Assembly (NCBI GenBank): GCA_965222615.1
Contig: CBDCUI010000007.1
Span: forward strand, 23,479-87,478
DNA: 64,000 nt
DNA from: Gammaproteobacteria bacterium
GTDB lineage: Bacteria; Pseudomonadota; Gammaproteobacteria; UBA4575
Direction of reading: 5' to 3'
Shown here: piece by piece, positions 56,702-64,000 of the stretch
Layout: each line of letters opens with the position of its first letter
How positions within the stretch are numbered: position 1 is the first letter of the stretch
Program-made: the position numbers and the translations under genes
The notes under the pieces: generated by a model
Database searches by the model: none
What the model saw: only the letters and a program-made list of their open reading frames with translations
Told to the model about the DNA's origin: nothing

Positions 56702-58450
56702 TTAATTTGGTATTACTGGAACCTGTATGTGAGTAGGGGTATCTACTCCAAAACAAATTTTCTGCATTGCACTAATTGGTCTAGTTTCGTAAGGAATGGG
56801 ATTGCCAGTATTTGGATTTCGATCAAATCTCGGAAAGCTGCTGCTTGTGATATGAACCCTTATCTGATGCCCTTTCTTGAAAACATAGCTTGTAGGCCAT
56901 AGTTTTATTTCAATCTTATTCGCTCCTGTACAACTTTGATTTCCTAACTTATACCCTGCTCTTTTAGTACCATCAGTAACATTGTAGGAATCACCATTTT
57001 CAAAAACATCTGTAATTCTCACAACAAAGTCTGTGTTAGTTACATTTGTTTGAACAAAAAGAATTGCTGTTATTGGGCCCGTAAGCTCTATATCTGAATC
57101 AAGAAATTCGCTTGTATAAACTAAAACATCATCTCTTATCTCAATTTCATTTTGTAGAGCGATACCAGCACGCGGACCCAGAACTACTCCACCCTTTGAT
57201 GGTACTGGATCATTCGGATCATACAAATATTGATCAAAACCAATAATTTCAGGCTTATTCCAATTTAGTTTGCCTGAAGAGATTGATGAGTTTGCCGTTC
57301 CATTGCTAGAAATATATAAATTCCTAAATTTAGTCCTTGCTAATGGCCATTCATTTTCGTATCTCCATTTATTAATACCTAAAACAAATAATTTAATTTT
57401 TCCTGCATTACTATTTTGATTGTTTTTAGGCTTTAAAAGTTGTTTATCAAACCAATTTAGTCCTTCCTTAATACTTGTTTTTCTATATGTTGGTACTTTA
57501 CTTGTACCTGGTATTTTTACTTCTCTTGCATGTGACCAAGGACCAATAATTATTTCTGATTGAGTAGAAACAGTTTTAGATTCTGATTGTTTTAATTGCA
57601 TAAAATCATCAAGTTGAGAGGGTAAAAAAGGGTCAAACCAACCAGCAAGCATTTGTACAGGTGCATTAATGGATTTGGCCCTGTCTATACCATCAATATT
57701 TATCCAGTACTTATTGTTAGTATTGTTCAGCACCCAATCGTTAAAAAACTGAATATCTTTACCAGCACGTTCATCTGCGCTTATTAAAGGGAATCCCCAA
57801 AATCCTTTTTCCATATCCTTTATTTTAGGTTCGAAGTCTTCCTTGCCACTGCTTTGCAGTGACCATCTAAGTGCACTTTCAAGGGAAAAAGCCCCGCCAG
57901 GGTAAAACATGTCATAGAAGCTAGTACTAACGATATGTAGATGGTAAGCGCTGATATTCGGATTAGTTTGATCAGAGATTGCTAGTTGTGTGTATCCAAA
58001 GGCAGACCCTCCCCACATGCCAAGTTGTCCACTGAACCATGGTTGTTTGTTCAGCCATTGTAATGTTTCGATTCCATCTCCTCTTTCATTTATTAAAGGA
58101 TAGTATTCACCCTGAGATTTATAGCGTCCACGTGTTCCTTGGATAACAACATTGTACCCACGAGATGCCCAATATCTTGCAACTGCATCTGATTTCAAAC
58201 GATTTGGAAATGTATTTGTAAACGGAATTCTTATTAGAATTGTAGGTACCGGTTTATTGGCGACAGGTCTGTAAACATCGGAGACAAGAGTAATATTATC
58301 TGAAGTAATTAAACTATAATCTTCATGTTTAACTACTTTATATTCTCTGGATCGGACACCCTCATTCGGGAGAAAGAACTCCTGTGTAATAGTTTGACAA
58401 CCACATAAGAGAAGAATTAACAAAAACGAAAGATTTTTGATAAGTTTCAT
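56702..58450 (-). CDS. CocE/NonD family alpha/beta hydrolase (peptidase S15-like), predicted lipoprotein
   Basis: 582 aa. Lipoprotein-type N-terminus MKLIKNLSFLLILLLCGC, RGYNVVIQGTRGRYKSQGEY, the nucleophile elbow MWGGSAFGY, and a C-terminal beta-jelly-roll (PepX_C-like) region with IRVHITSSSFPRFDRNPN. Confidence 0.8.
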   Translation of the reverse strand: MKLIKNLSFLLILLLCGCQTITQEFFLPNEGVRSREYKVVKHEDYSLITSDNITLVSDVYRPVANKPVPTILIRIPFTNTFPNRLKSDAVARYWASRGYNVVIQGTRGRYKSQGEYYPLINERGDGIETLQWLNKQPWFSGQLGMWGGSAFGYTQLAISDQTNPNISAYHLHIVSTSFYDMFYPGGAFSLESALRWSLQSSGKEDFEPKIKDMEKGFWGFPLISADERAGKDIQFFNDWVLNNTNNKYWINIDGIDRAKSINAPVQMLAGWFDPFLPSQLDDFMQLKQSESKTVSTQSEIIIGPWSHAREVKIPGTSKVPTYRKTSIKEGLNWFDKQLLKPKNNQNSNAGKIKLFVLGINKWRYENEWPLARTKFRNLYISSNGTANSSISSGKLNWNKPEIIGFDQYLYDPNDPVPSKGGVVLGPRAGIALQNEIEIRDDVLVYTSEFLDSDIELTGPITAILFVQTNVTNTDFVVRITDVFENGDSYNVTDGTKRAGYKLGNQSCTGANKIEIKLWPTSYVFKKGHQIRVHITSSSFPRFDRNPNTGNPIPYETRPISAMQKICFGVDTPTHIQVPVIPN

Positions 58451-59187
58451 CTTGGTTTTTTTCTCTTAACACCTAGCAATCTTGCAAACCCCCATTTCCT
58501 AAAACCCAACATCATTGCAACCCCATTACGCTTGTTTGCAGGAATTTTTAAGTCATCGCTAATTAATTGGTCAAAATATCTTGCAACTTCGTCTAATTTC
58601 TCATGCATTTTATGAATCGCTCCATCAGTAAGCATTCCACCAACAAAGTGAAGTTTCTCGTCAGGATCAGAAAATTTTGTTTCTAAAAATTCAGTTAAAA
58701 TTTCTTGATTGAAAAACTTTTGTACCGGACCATCATCGGACCATTTAAAGTTTCGAGCTGTTAATAAACGAATACGATTAAATGGTAATAATTCAATTAG
58801 ACCAATTTTTTCAAGCTTTATAAAATGCTTGTTGAGTTCGGCTTCTGAGAAATCAAACGTATCCTTAATTTCATGCTCCTTCCAATGATTAAGAATAAGG
58901 TAGGTAACTAATAACAACCTATGATCATTCACAAATTCTTTTTCTTGTTGCAATGTAAGTTGTGTAACTAAAGGTTGCTGTTGTTCTGATTCCAATACAA
59001 CTTCTTTGATGTCTATCCCAAGCCAATTGCACAAAGTCTCTAGTCGCTTTAATGATAAGTCAGCCTTTGAGAATAAGCGCTTTACACTTGCTTCACTCAA
59101 ATCAAGAATTTCGGCAGCTTCAGCATAGGACTTTCCCTTCTTACGCATGATTTTCTTCAGTGCTATATGTATTGATTTACTCTGCAT
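58447..59187 (-). CDS. XRE-family HTH transcriptional regulator with uncharacterised C-terminal domain
   Basis: N-terminal HTH: LKKIMRKKGKSYAEAAEILDLSEASVKRLFS. Its stop overlaps the hydrolase start by 4 nt (ATGA). It is divergent from the GH3 operon. Confidence 0.75.
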   Translation of the reverse strand: MQSKSIHIALKKIMRKKGKSYAEAAEILDLSEASVKRLFSKADLSLKRLETLCNWLGIDIKEVVLESEQQQPLVTQLTLQQEKEFVNDHRLLLVTYLILNHWKEHEIKDTFDFSEAELNKHFIKLEKIGLIELLPFNRIRLLTARNFKWSDDGPVQKFFNQEILTEFLETKFSDPDEKLHFVGGMLTDGAIHKMHEKLDEVARYFDQLISDDLKIPANKRNGVAMMLGFRKWGFARLLGVKRKKPR

Positions 59188-59209
59188 AAACTTGAAGGTA
59201 TCAATTTAT

Positions 59210-59223
59210 AATACTTAAGTATT
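59210..59223. promoter_or_regulatory. Perfect 14-bp palindrome in divergent promoter region (candidate operator)
   Basis: AATACTTAAGTATT is self-complementary. A second palindrome AATATTA-C-TAATATT lies at 59225-59239, and a further AATACTT half-site at 59261-59267. The surrounding DNA is very AT-rich, so chance occurrence is not negligible. Confidence 0.35.
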
Positions 59224-59423
59224 AAATATTACTAATATTTTTATATTTATTGCATTATATAATACTTTTAGAGATTCTTACACTAATTCGTAGCAATTAT
59301 TGGCTATCAATCAATATCAAGGGGAGGATTATTTTGAGCCAAACACAGCTGTTCATAACTTTATTTTTGATCATTTGTCTTTCTCTACTTTGATTGAAAT
59401 TTCTGAAGAGGAGTATTGGATTT

Positions 59424-59891
59424 ATGAACTCAGTGAAAGAAATAAATACTTACCAGGGAACTTACGGAGCAATTCTTTGGAGCCTACTGGGTCTATTTTG
59501 CTTCCGAGTTGTAGCGCAATTAATTCAATCTAATTTCTCAATAGATTTCTTACCTGCATTTGAAGCTTGGCATAGTGGAGCGCTGCCATATCACTACTTA
59601 GTCATCACTCAGATTTTCATTATCTTTTTATATAGCTACATATGCATTCGTTTTACAAGTAGGAAAGTAGTTCCCAATAGAAAACTGGGAAATATATTTT
59701 TATATTCAGGGTTAATTTATGCAGTAGCTATGTTAGCGCGATTATTAATTGGAGTATTTGGAATTTCTTCAGCATGGTTCCATGCATATTTGCCAATATT
59801 TTTTCATTTCGTACTTGCTGCTTTTTTAATTGTAGTTGGTCTGTTTCATCTGAAATTTTATAAACACTATGAAAAATTACTTCACTCATAG
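59424..59891 (+). CDS. Hypothetical small integral membrane protein (about 4 TM), first gene of the GH3 operon
   Basis: The ATG at 59424 is preceded by GAGGAG (59408-59413, 10-nt spacer); the ORF track starts at TTG 59394. Hydrophobic helices throughout. It overlaps the next gene by 23 nt. Confidence 0.6.
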   Translation: MNSVKEINTYQGTYGAILWSLLGLFCFRVVAQLIQSNFSIDFLPAFEAWHSGALPYHYLVITQIFIIFLYSYICIRFTSRKVVPNRKLGNIFLYSGLIYAVAMLARLLIGVFGISSAWFHAYLPIFFHFVLAAFLIVVGLFHLKFYKHYEKLLHS

Positions 59892-62457
59892 TTTATTACC
59901 ATGGGTTGCATACCCGATTGGTATTGGGATAGGAATCTACTTGCATATAGTAATGCTTTCATGGGGCATTGATCTTCAAATTAGCACATACGTTCCTATA
60001 TTTTTTGCAGCCGGGATGATCACGTTGTTTGAGCTTTATTTTCCACATTTACATCAATGGAAACCCAATATTAAAGATGTAAAAAATGATGCAATGTACA
60101 TGCTTATTGTACAAACGATTTTGCCAAAAGTATTGGCATTTTTTACTGCATTAGTACTGTTACGCTATTCAAACGAAAGTAGTTTATTTAATTTAAACCT
60201 TTGGCCACATTACTTACCTGTATGGATTCAGGCAATGATAATGATTTTAGTGGCTGATTTTTTTCGTTATTGGCTTCATGTTGCTTCTCATAAAAATAGT
60301 TTCTTATGGAGATTTCATGCAGTTCACCATTCCCCTAAAAAATTGTATTGGATAAATACAGGAAGATTTCATCCTATTGAAGAAGTCGCTCAGTTTTTAT
60401 TCGATGCATTACCTTTCATTCTACTAGGTGTCAGTGAATATGTTCTGGCATTTTATTTTGTTTTCTACGCCATAAATGGTTTTTTTCAGCATTCCAATAT
60501 AAAACTGAAGTTTGGTGTATTGAATTATTTAATTAGTACTGCAGAACTACATCGTTGGCATCATTCACGTATTGAGAATGAATCAAATTCAAATTATGGA
60601 AATAATACAATTATTTGGGATCTAATCTTTGGTACTAGATACTTACCAAATAATAGAAGCATCGAAAATATAGGGCTTATCAATTCCAAATATCCGACTA
60701 CATTTATCGATCAACTTAAAACTCCATTTGTTGGAGGATTAGATAAAAAGAATTTGCCTTTACCTAGCATTAAACAGCTAATTGTGAATGGCCTAATCAA
60801 ACTTCAAATGAAAATTACCAAATATACTATTTGGAAACCCATGATGAAGGCTGCTAAAGACCCTATGCATGCGCAATTTAGTTTCCTCAAACAACTCATG
60901 GAAGAAAATGCAAAGACAAAATTTGGAAAAGAACATCAATTTAATAACATAAATTCTTATGAAGATTATTGTAGGCTTGTGCCTATTCAAACATATGAGA
61001 CGTTAAGCCCATATTTTACAAAACAAGATAAATCAAAAGAATCTTTGATAAACAATGAGCAACCGTTTATGTATGCAGTTACAAGCGGGACTACAGGAGC
61101 ATCAAAATTTATACCGATTTTAGATAAGACAATAAAACAAAATAAAAAGCACCAGAAGCTTTTTACCTATATTCAATATAGAGATAATCCTGGAACATTT
61201 AGCGGCAAAATGCTAGGAATAGTTAGCCCAGCAATTGAAGGATATACAGAGCCGGGCACTCCATTCGGCTCTGTATCTGGTGTTCTATATAAAAATATGC
61301 CTTCGATTATGAGATCGAAATATGTACTTCCATTTGAAATATTTTCAATTGAAAACTATGAGCTTAAATATCAACTAATTCTAAGAATCGCCCTTACCTA
61401 TAAAGATATTACCTATTTTGTTACAGCAAATCCGTCAACTTTACTAATGCTTAACAAAATACTAAATGAGGATATTTCTGTATTAGCAAATGAAATTGAG
61501 CATGGAGGATTTAGAGAATACGAAGTCTTACCAAAGAGTATCCAAACATTTATTACAAAAAATTTGAAGCCAAATCCAAAACGTGCAGATGAACTACGTC
61601 AGCTAATATTTAATAAACAAGAAATTACTTTTGCAGATGTATGGCCACAGTTACAAACCGTTGTTACATGGACTGGCGGTAGTTGTGGAATCGTATTAGA
61701 CACAGTTAAGCAAAAATTACCAGCCACGACAAAAATTATTGAACTAGGGTATATGGCTACTGAAGTGAGAGGAACAATAACAATTGATGCAGAAAATAAT
61801 CTTGGTCTTCCTACTATTGAGGATAATTTTTTTGAATTTGTAGAAAGAGATGATTGGGAAAATGATAAACATAATTTTCTAACAATCGATCAGCTATCTA
61901 AAAACAAAGAGTACTATATATTCATCACAACAAATTCTGGCCTTTATAGATATTTCATTAATGACATAGTTAGAGTAACTGGAAAAGTAGAAAATACTCC
62001 TACTCTTCAATTTATACAAAAGGGAAAAGGTGTTACTAGTATTACAGGTGAAAAATTATATGAATCTCAAGTTATTGAAGCGATGAAATTAACTGAGAAA
62101 GAGTTTAATTTTACAAATATCTTCTTCATTATGCTAGCAAATAAAAAATTCTCAAACTATGAATTATTTATTGAGAATTTCGATAATTTTGAACCCCCAT
62201 TAGAACTAATAAGAGACTATGTTGAGTCTTGTCTTTGTAGATTAAATATTGAATATGAAAACAAACTTGCAAGTGGGAGGATTAAACCACTATCTTTACA
62301 TCTTATTCAAAGTGGAACAAGAGAAATATTTAAAAAGTATTTCATCGAAAAAGGACAAAAAGAAAGTCAATTTAAAATTGTGGCTCTTCAATATAAAGAT
62401 GAATTGGACTTTGATTTTGAAAATCACGTTCTAAGATTTTTTGAAAAAGCGAGTTAA
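59869..62457 (+). CDS. Fusion protein: N-terminal membrane fatty-acid hydroxylase/sterol-desaturase-type di-iron domain + C-terminal GH3 (acyl-acid amido synthetase, ANL superfamily) domain
   Basis: One 862-aa ORF. The N-terminal about 260 aa has TM helices and three His boxes: HVASH (aa 137-141), HAVHH (150-154), HRWHH (228-232). The C-terminal about 540 aa has the GH3 nucleotide motif TSGTTGASKFIP (aa 405-416, nt 61081-61116), GYMATE, and GLYRYFINDIVRVTG...TPTLQFIQKGKG. Confidence 0.8.
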   Translation: MKNYFTHSLLPWVAYPIGIGIGIYLHIVMLSWGIDLQISTYVPIFFAAGMITLFELYFPHLHQWKPNIKDVKNDAMYMLIVQTILPKVLAFFTALVLLRYSNESSLFNLNLWPHYLPVWIQAMIMILVADFFRYWLHVASHKNSFLWRFHAVHHSPKKLYWINTGRFHPIEEVAQFLFDALPFILLGVSEYVLAFYFVFYAINGFFQHSNIKLKFGVLNYLISTAELHRWHHSRIENESNSNYGNNTIIWDLIFGTRYLPNNRSIENIGLINSKYPTTFIDQLKTPFVGGLDKKNLPLPSIKQLIVNGLIKLQMKITKYTIWKPMMKAAKDPMHAQFSFLKQLMEENAKTKFGKEHQFNNINSYEDYCRLVPIQTYETLSPYFTKQDKSKESLINNEQPFMYAVTSGTTGASKFIPILDKTIKQNKKHQKLFTYIQYRDNPGTFSGKMLGIVSPAIEGYTEPGTPFGSVSGVLYKNMPSIMRSKYVLPFEIFSIENYELKYQLILRIALTYKDITYFVTANPSTLLMLNKILNEDISVLANEIEHGGFREYEVLPKSIQTFITKNLKPNPKRADELRQLIFNKQEITFADVWPQLQTVVTWTGGSCGIVLDTVKQKLPATTKIIELGYMATEVRGTITIDAENNLGLPTIEDNFFEFVERDDWENDKHNFLTIDQLSKNKEYYIFITTNSGLYRYFINDIVRVTGKVENTPTLQFIQKGKGVTSITGEKLYESQVIEAMKLTEKEFNFTNIFFIMLANKKFSNYELFIENFDNFEPPLELIRDYVESCLCRLNIEYENKLASGRIKPLSLHLIQSGTREIFKKYFIEKGQKESQFKIVALQYKDELDFDFENHVLRFFEKAS

Positions 62458-62465
62458 CTATAATC

Positions 62466-63590
62466 GTGCGGGTTAAAAATACTATATTAAAAAAAATAGA
62501 TATTCCTTTTACAGTGTCCTTCAAACACTCCTCTGCTAAACGATCACAAACTGAGAGTGTTCTTGTAGAGATGACATCTAATAGAGGAATAACAGGTTAT
62601 GGAGAATCATGTCCAAGAGATTACGTAACTTCCGAAAACATTAATAGTGTAAAAGCATTTTTCAATGAAAATATTTTCTCCTTTAAAAATGAAGTGATCA
62701 ACTTATTTAGTCTAAATAATTGGATGGACAAAAATGCTAAAAAAATTGATGCAAATCCAGCTGCTATGTGTGCAATCGAAATGGCATTTCTAGATTTGCT
62801 TTCAAGAAACAATAGTGTGTCAATAGAAAACCTAATCGGGCTACCTGAATTACACGGTCATTTTAAATATACAGCCGTAATTGGAGATAGTAGTGCAGAA
62901 ATATTTCATAGCATTCTTAAAAAATATTTAGAAATGGGCTTTGATGACTACAAGGTTAAACTCTCTGGCGACATTGAAAAGGATCAAGAAAAATGTCAAA
63001 TAATAAATCGTAACGTCAATTCTCCTATACGATTGCGATTTGACGCTAACAACCTATGGGATAACTATAAAATTGCGATTAACTATTTATCTAAATTAAA
63101 TATAGATTATTTTGCAGTTGAAGAACCGCTTGCCCCAAATGACTTTGTAGATTTATCCAAAATCTCAAATGAGCTAAACAAACAAATCATTTTAGATGAA
63201 AGTTTTTTGAGAGTTAGTCAATTTGAAAATCTCATTGATCATCCTGAAATGTGGATAATAAATCTTCGCATATCAAAGATGGGTGGTTTATTAAGGTCAA
63301 AGAAAATTGTCGATGAAGCAAAAGCCCACGGAGTTAAGATAATCATAGGTGCTCAGGTTGGTGAAACTAGCCTTCTCTCTAGAGCTGCTTTAGTTATCGC
63401 TAATTCTGCAAGAGACATACTTATTGCTCAAGAAGGTGCATATGGAAATTTACTACTAAAAACAGACCTTTGTGAGCCACCAATTATGTTTAGCAAATCA
63501 GGTGTTCTCAATTCTTCCAATCTACCAATATCCTCAAATGGATTTGGATTTGAATTAAAAAATCATGATAATTTCGAGATAATTAACTAG
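62466..63590 (+). CDS. Enolase-superfamily enzyme, muconate-lactonizing-enzyme (MLE) subgroup (racemase/epimerase/OSBS-like)
   Basis: GTG start, 374 aa. KxK motif K163-V-K165; metal ligands D193 (RFDAN), E219 (VEEP), D244 (ILDES); second catalytic Lys K271 (ISKMGG). Confidence 0.75.
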   Translation: MRVKNTILKKIDIPFTVSFKHSSAKRSQTESVLVEMTSNRGITGYGESCPRDYVTSENINSVKAFFNENIFSFKNEVINLFSLNNWMDKNAKKIDANPAAMCAIEMAFLDLLSRNNSVSIENLIGLPELHGHFKYTAVIGDSSAEIFHSILKKYLEMGFDDYKVKLSGDIEKDQEKCQIINRNVNSPIRLRFDANNLWDNYKIAINYLSKLNIDYFAVEEPLAPNDFVDLSKISNELNKQIILDESFLRVSQFENLIDHPEMWIINLRISKMGGLLRSKKIVDEAKAHGVKIIIGAQVGETSLLSRAALVIANSARDILIAQEGAYGNLLLKTDLCEPPIMFSKSGVLNSSNLPISSNGFGFELKNHDNFEIIN

Positions 63591-63637
63591 GAAAATTTAT
63601 TGACCATTATTGAGATTTAACCTGTTTGTTATTTCGT

Positions 63638-63659
63638 TCGGTTGAAATAGCAACCGAAA
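63638..63659. terminator. Hairpin between convergent genes (weak terminator candidate)
   Basis: ttcggttg-aaatag-caaccgaa forms an 8-bp stem. There is no T-run on either strand. Confidence 0.25.
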
Positions 63660-63677
63660 GTGGTTCTCCAGATGTTC

Positions 63678-64000
63678 TTATACAGTACTTGCGCGCATTT
63701 CTCTAAATCTTGAAAAAGTATAATTACGCAAATCATCTGCAATCATGTAAAAACATGGCAATACCACTAAAATAAGCACAGTGGCAAAGATTAAACCGAA
63801 TCCAAGGCTCACTGCCATGGGTGATAAAAATGCAGTTTGGCCACTGGCAAAAAAGATTAATGGCGAAATTCCTAAAAATGTCGTTACCGTAGTAAGTAAA
63901 ATTGGGCGAATACGTACTCTTCCCGCATCCACTAATGCATCAAAACAAGTTGCCCCTTGTGCGCGTCGTTTTTTAGCAAAATCTATAAGAATCAAAGAAT
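63678..64000 (-). CDS. RND efflux transporter permease (AcrB/HAE family), C-terminal end only; gene continues past the window
   Basis: The translated C-terminus RIRPILLTTVTTFLGISPLIF...AVSLGFGLIFATVLILVVLPCFY is the typical last TM bundle of RND pumps. The frame stays open to the window edge. Confidence 0.8.
   Translation of the reverse strand, partial: SLILIDFAKKRRAQGATCFDALVDAGRVRIRPILLTTVTTFLGISPLIFFASGQTAFLSPMAVSLGFGLIFATVLILVVLPCFYMIADDLRNYTFSRFREMRASTV

Noticed and set aside
59300-59533. A 77-aa plus-strand ORF overlapping the start of the small membrane-protein gene, and the TTG start at 59394.
   Set aside because: The ATG at 59424 has a proper GAGGAG RBS and yields a coherent 4-TM protein. 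The 59300 ORF is in another frame and has no signal or motif.
56702-63590. Calling the GH3/hydrolase locus a horizontally acquired genomic island on compositional grounds.
   Set aside because: Hand counts (27-38% GC, with one 53% line) are below hppA but overlap with housekeeping genes such as glnE (about 32% in a sampled line). No integrase, tRNA or direct repeats flank the locus. Acquisition therefore remains an open question, not a claim.
1-64000. A search by eye for rRNA, tRNA, CRISPR arrays, transposases, integrases, phage genes, toxin-antitoxin pairs and known defence-system genes.
   Set aside because: I found none. There are no arrays of regularly spaced direct repeats, no cloverleaf-like segments in the intergenic regions, and no ORF with recombinase, nuclease or defence signatures. 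A covariance-model or HMM scan would be needed to be certain.

Overview
The window is AT-rich chromosomal DNA, about 20-58% GC in hand-counted 60-nt lines and mostly in the 30s-40s. Gene order looks gammaproteobacterial, and the gene content suggests a methylotroph or methanotroph-like organism. All protein calls rest on reading the supplied translations against remembered family signatures; no searches were run.

Layout:
- 1-9.3 kb: end of tolC, then a very AT-rich LPS-core locus with waaA, kdkA, a GT9 heptosyltransferase, two further kinase-fold genes, an O-antigen-ligase-like gene and hldE.
- 9.4-17.1 kb: ilvE, glnE and a Fur-box-preceded Fe(3+) ABC transporter.
- 17.5-19.3 kb: two tandem paralogous PA2779-like exported, C-terminally anchored small proteins plus a PA2778-like C39-type cysteine peptidase/TPR lipoprotein.
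- 19.3-33.6 kb: ilvD, then a contiguous C1 / serine-cycle block. It holds a 5-formyl-THF cyclo-ligase paralog, an orphan ftr, folD, sga, mcl, mtkAB, hpr, ppc and mtdA. Its intergenic gaps carry a family of long nested palindromic repeats.
- 33.6-44.7 kb: argE, hemerythrin, argA, a membrane-anchored cold-shock-domain protein, a monooxygenase, GFA, GST, several small unknown envelope proteins, and amgK-murU.
- 44.7-54.3 kb: the conserved lipA-lipB-ybeD-dat-dacA-rlpA-mltB-rodA-mrdA module.
- 54.6-56.6 kb: a membrane pyrophosphatase.
- 56.7-63.6 kb: an accessory locus, the best candidate for an undescribed system. An XRE regulator and a CocE/NonD lipoprotein hydrolase are divergent from a small membrane protein, a fatty-acid-hydroxylase::GH3 acyl-acid-amido-synthetase fusion and an MLE-subgroup enolase-superfamily enzyme. 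I interpret this as a possible hydroxylated N-acyl-amino-acid pathway.
- The window ends inside an RND transporter gene.

I found no rRNA, tRNA, CRISPR array, transposase or integrase.
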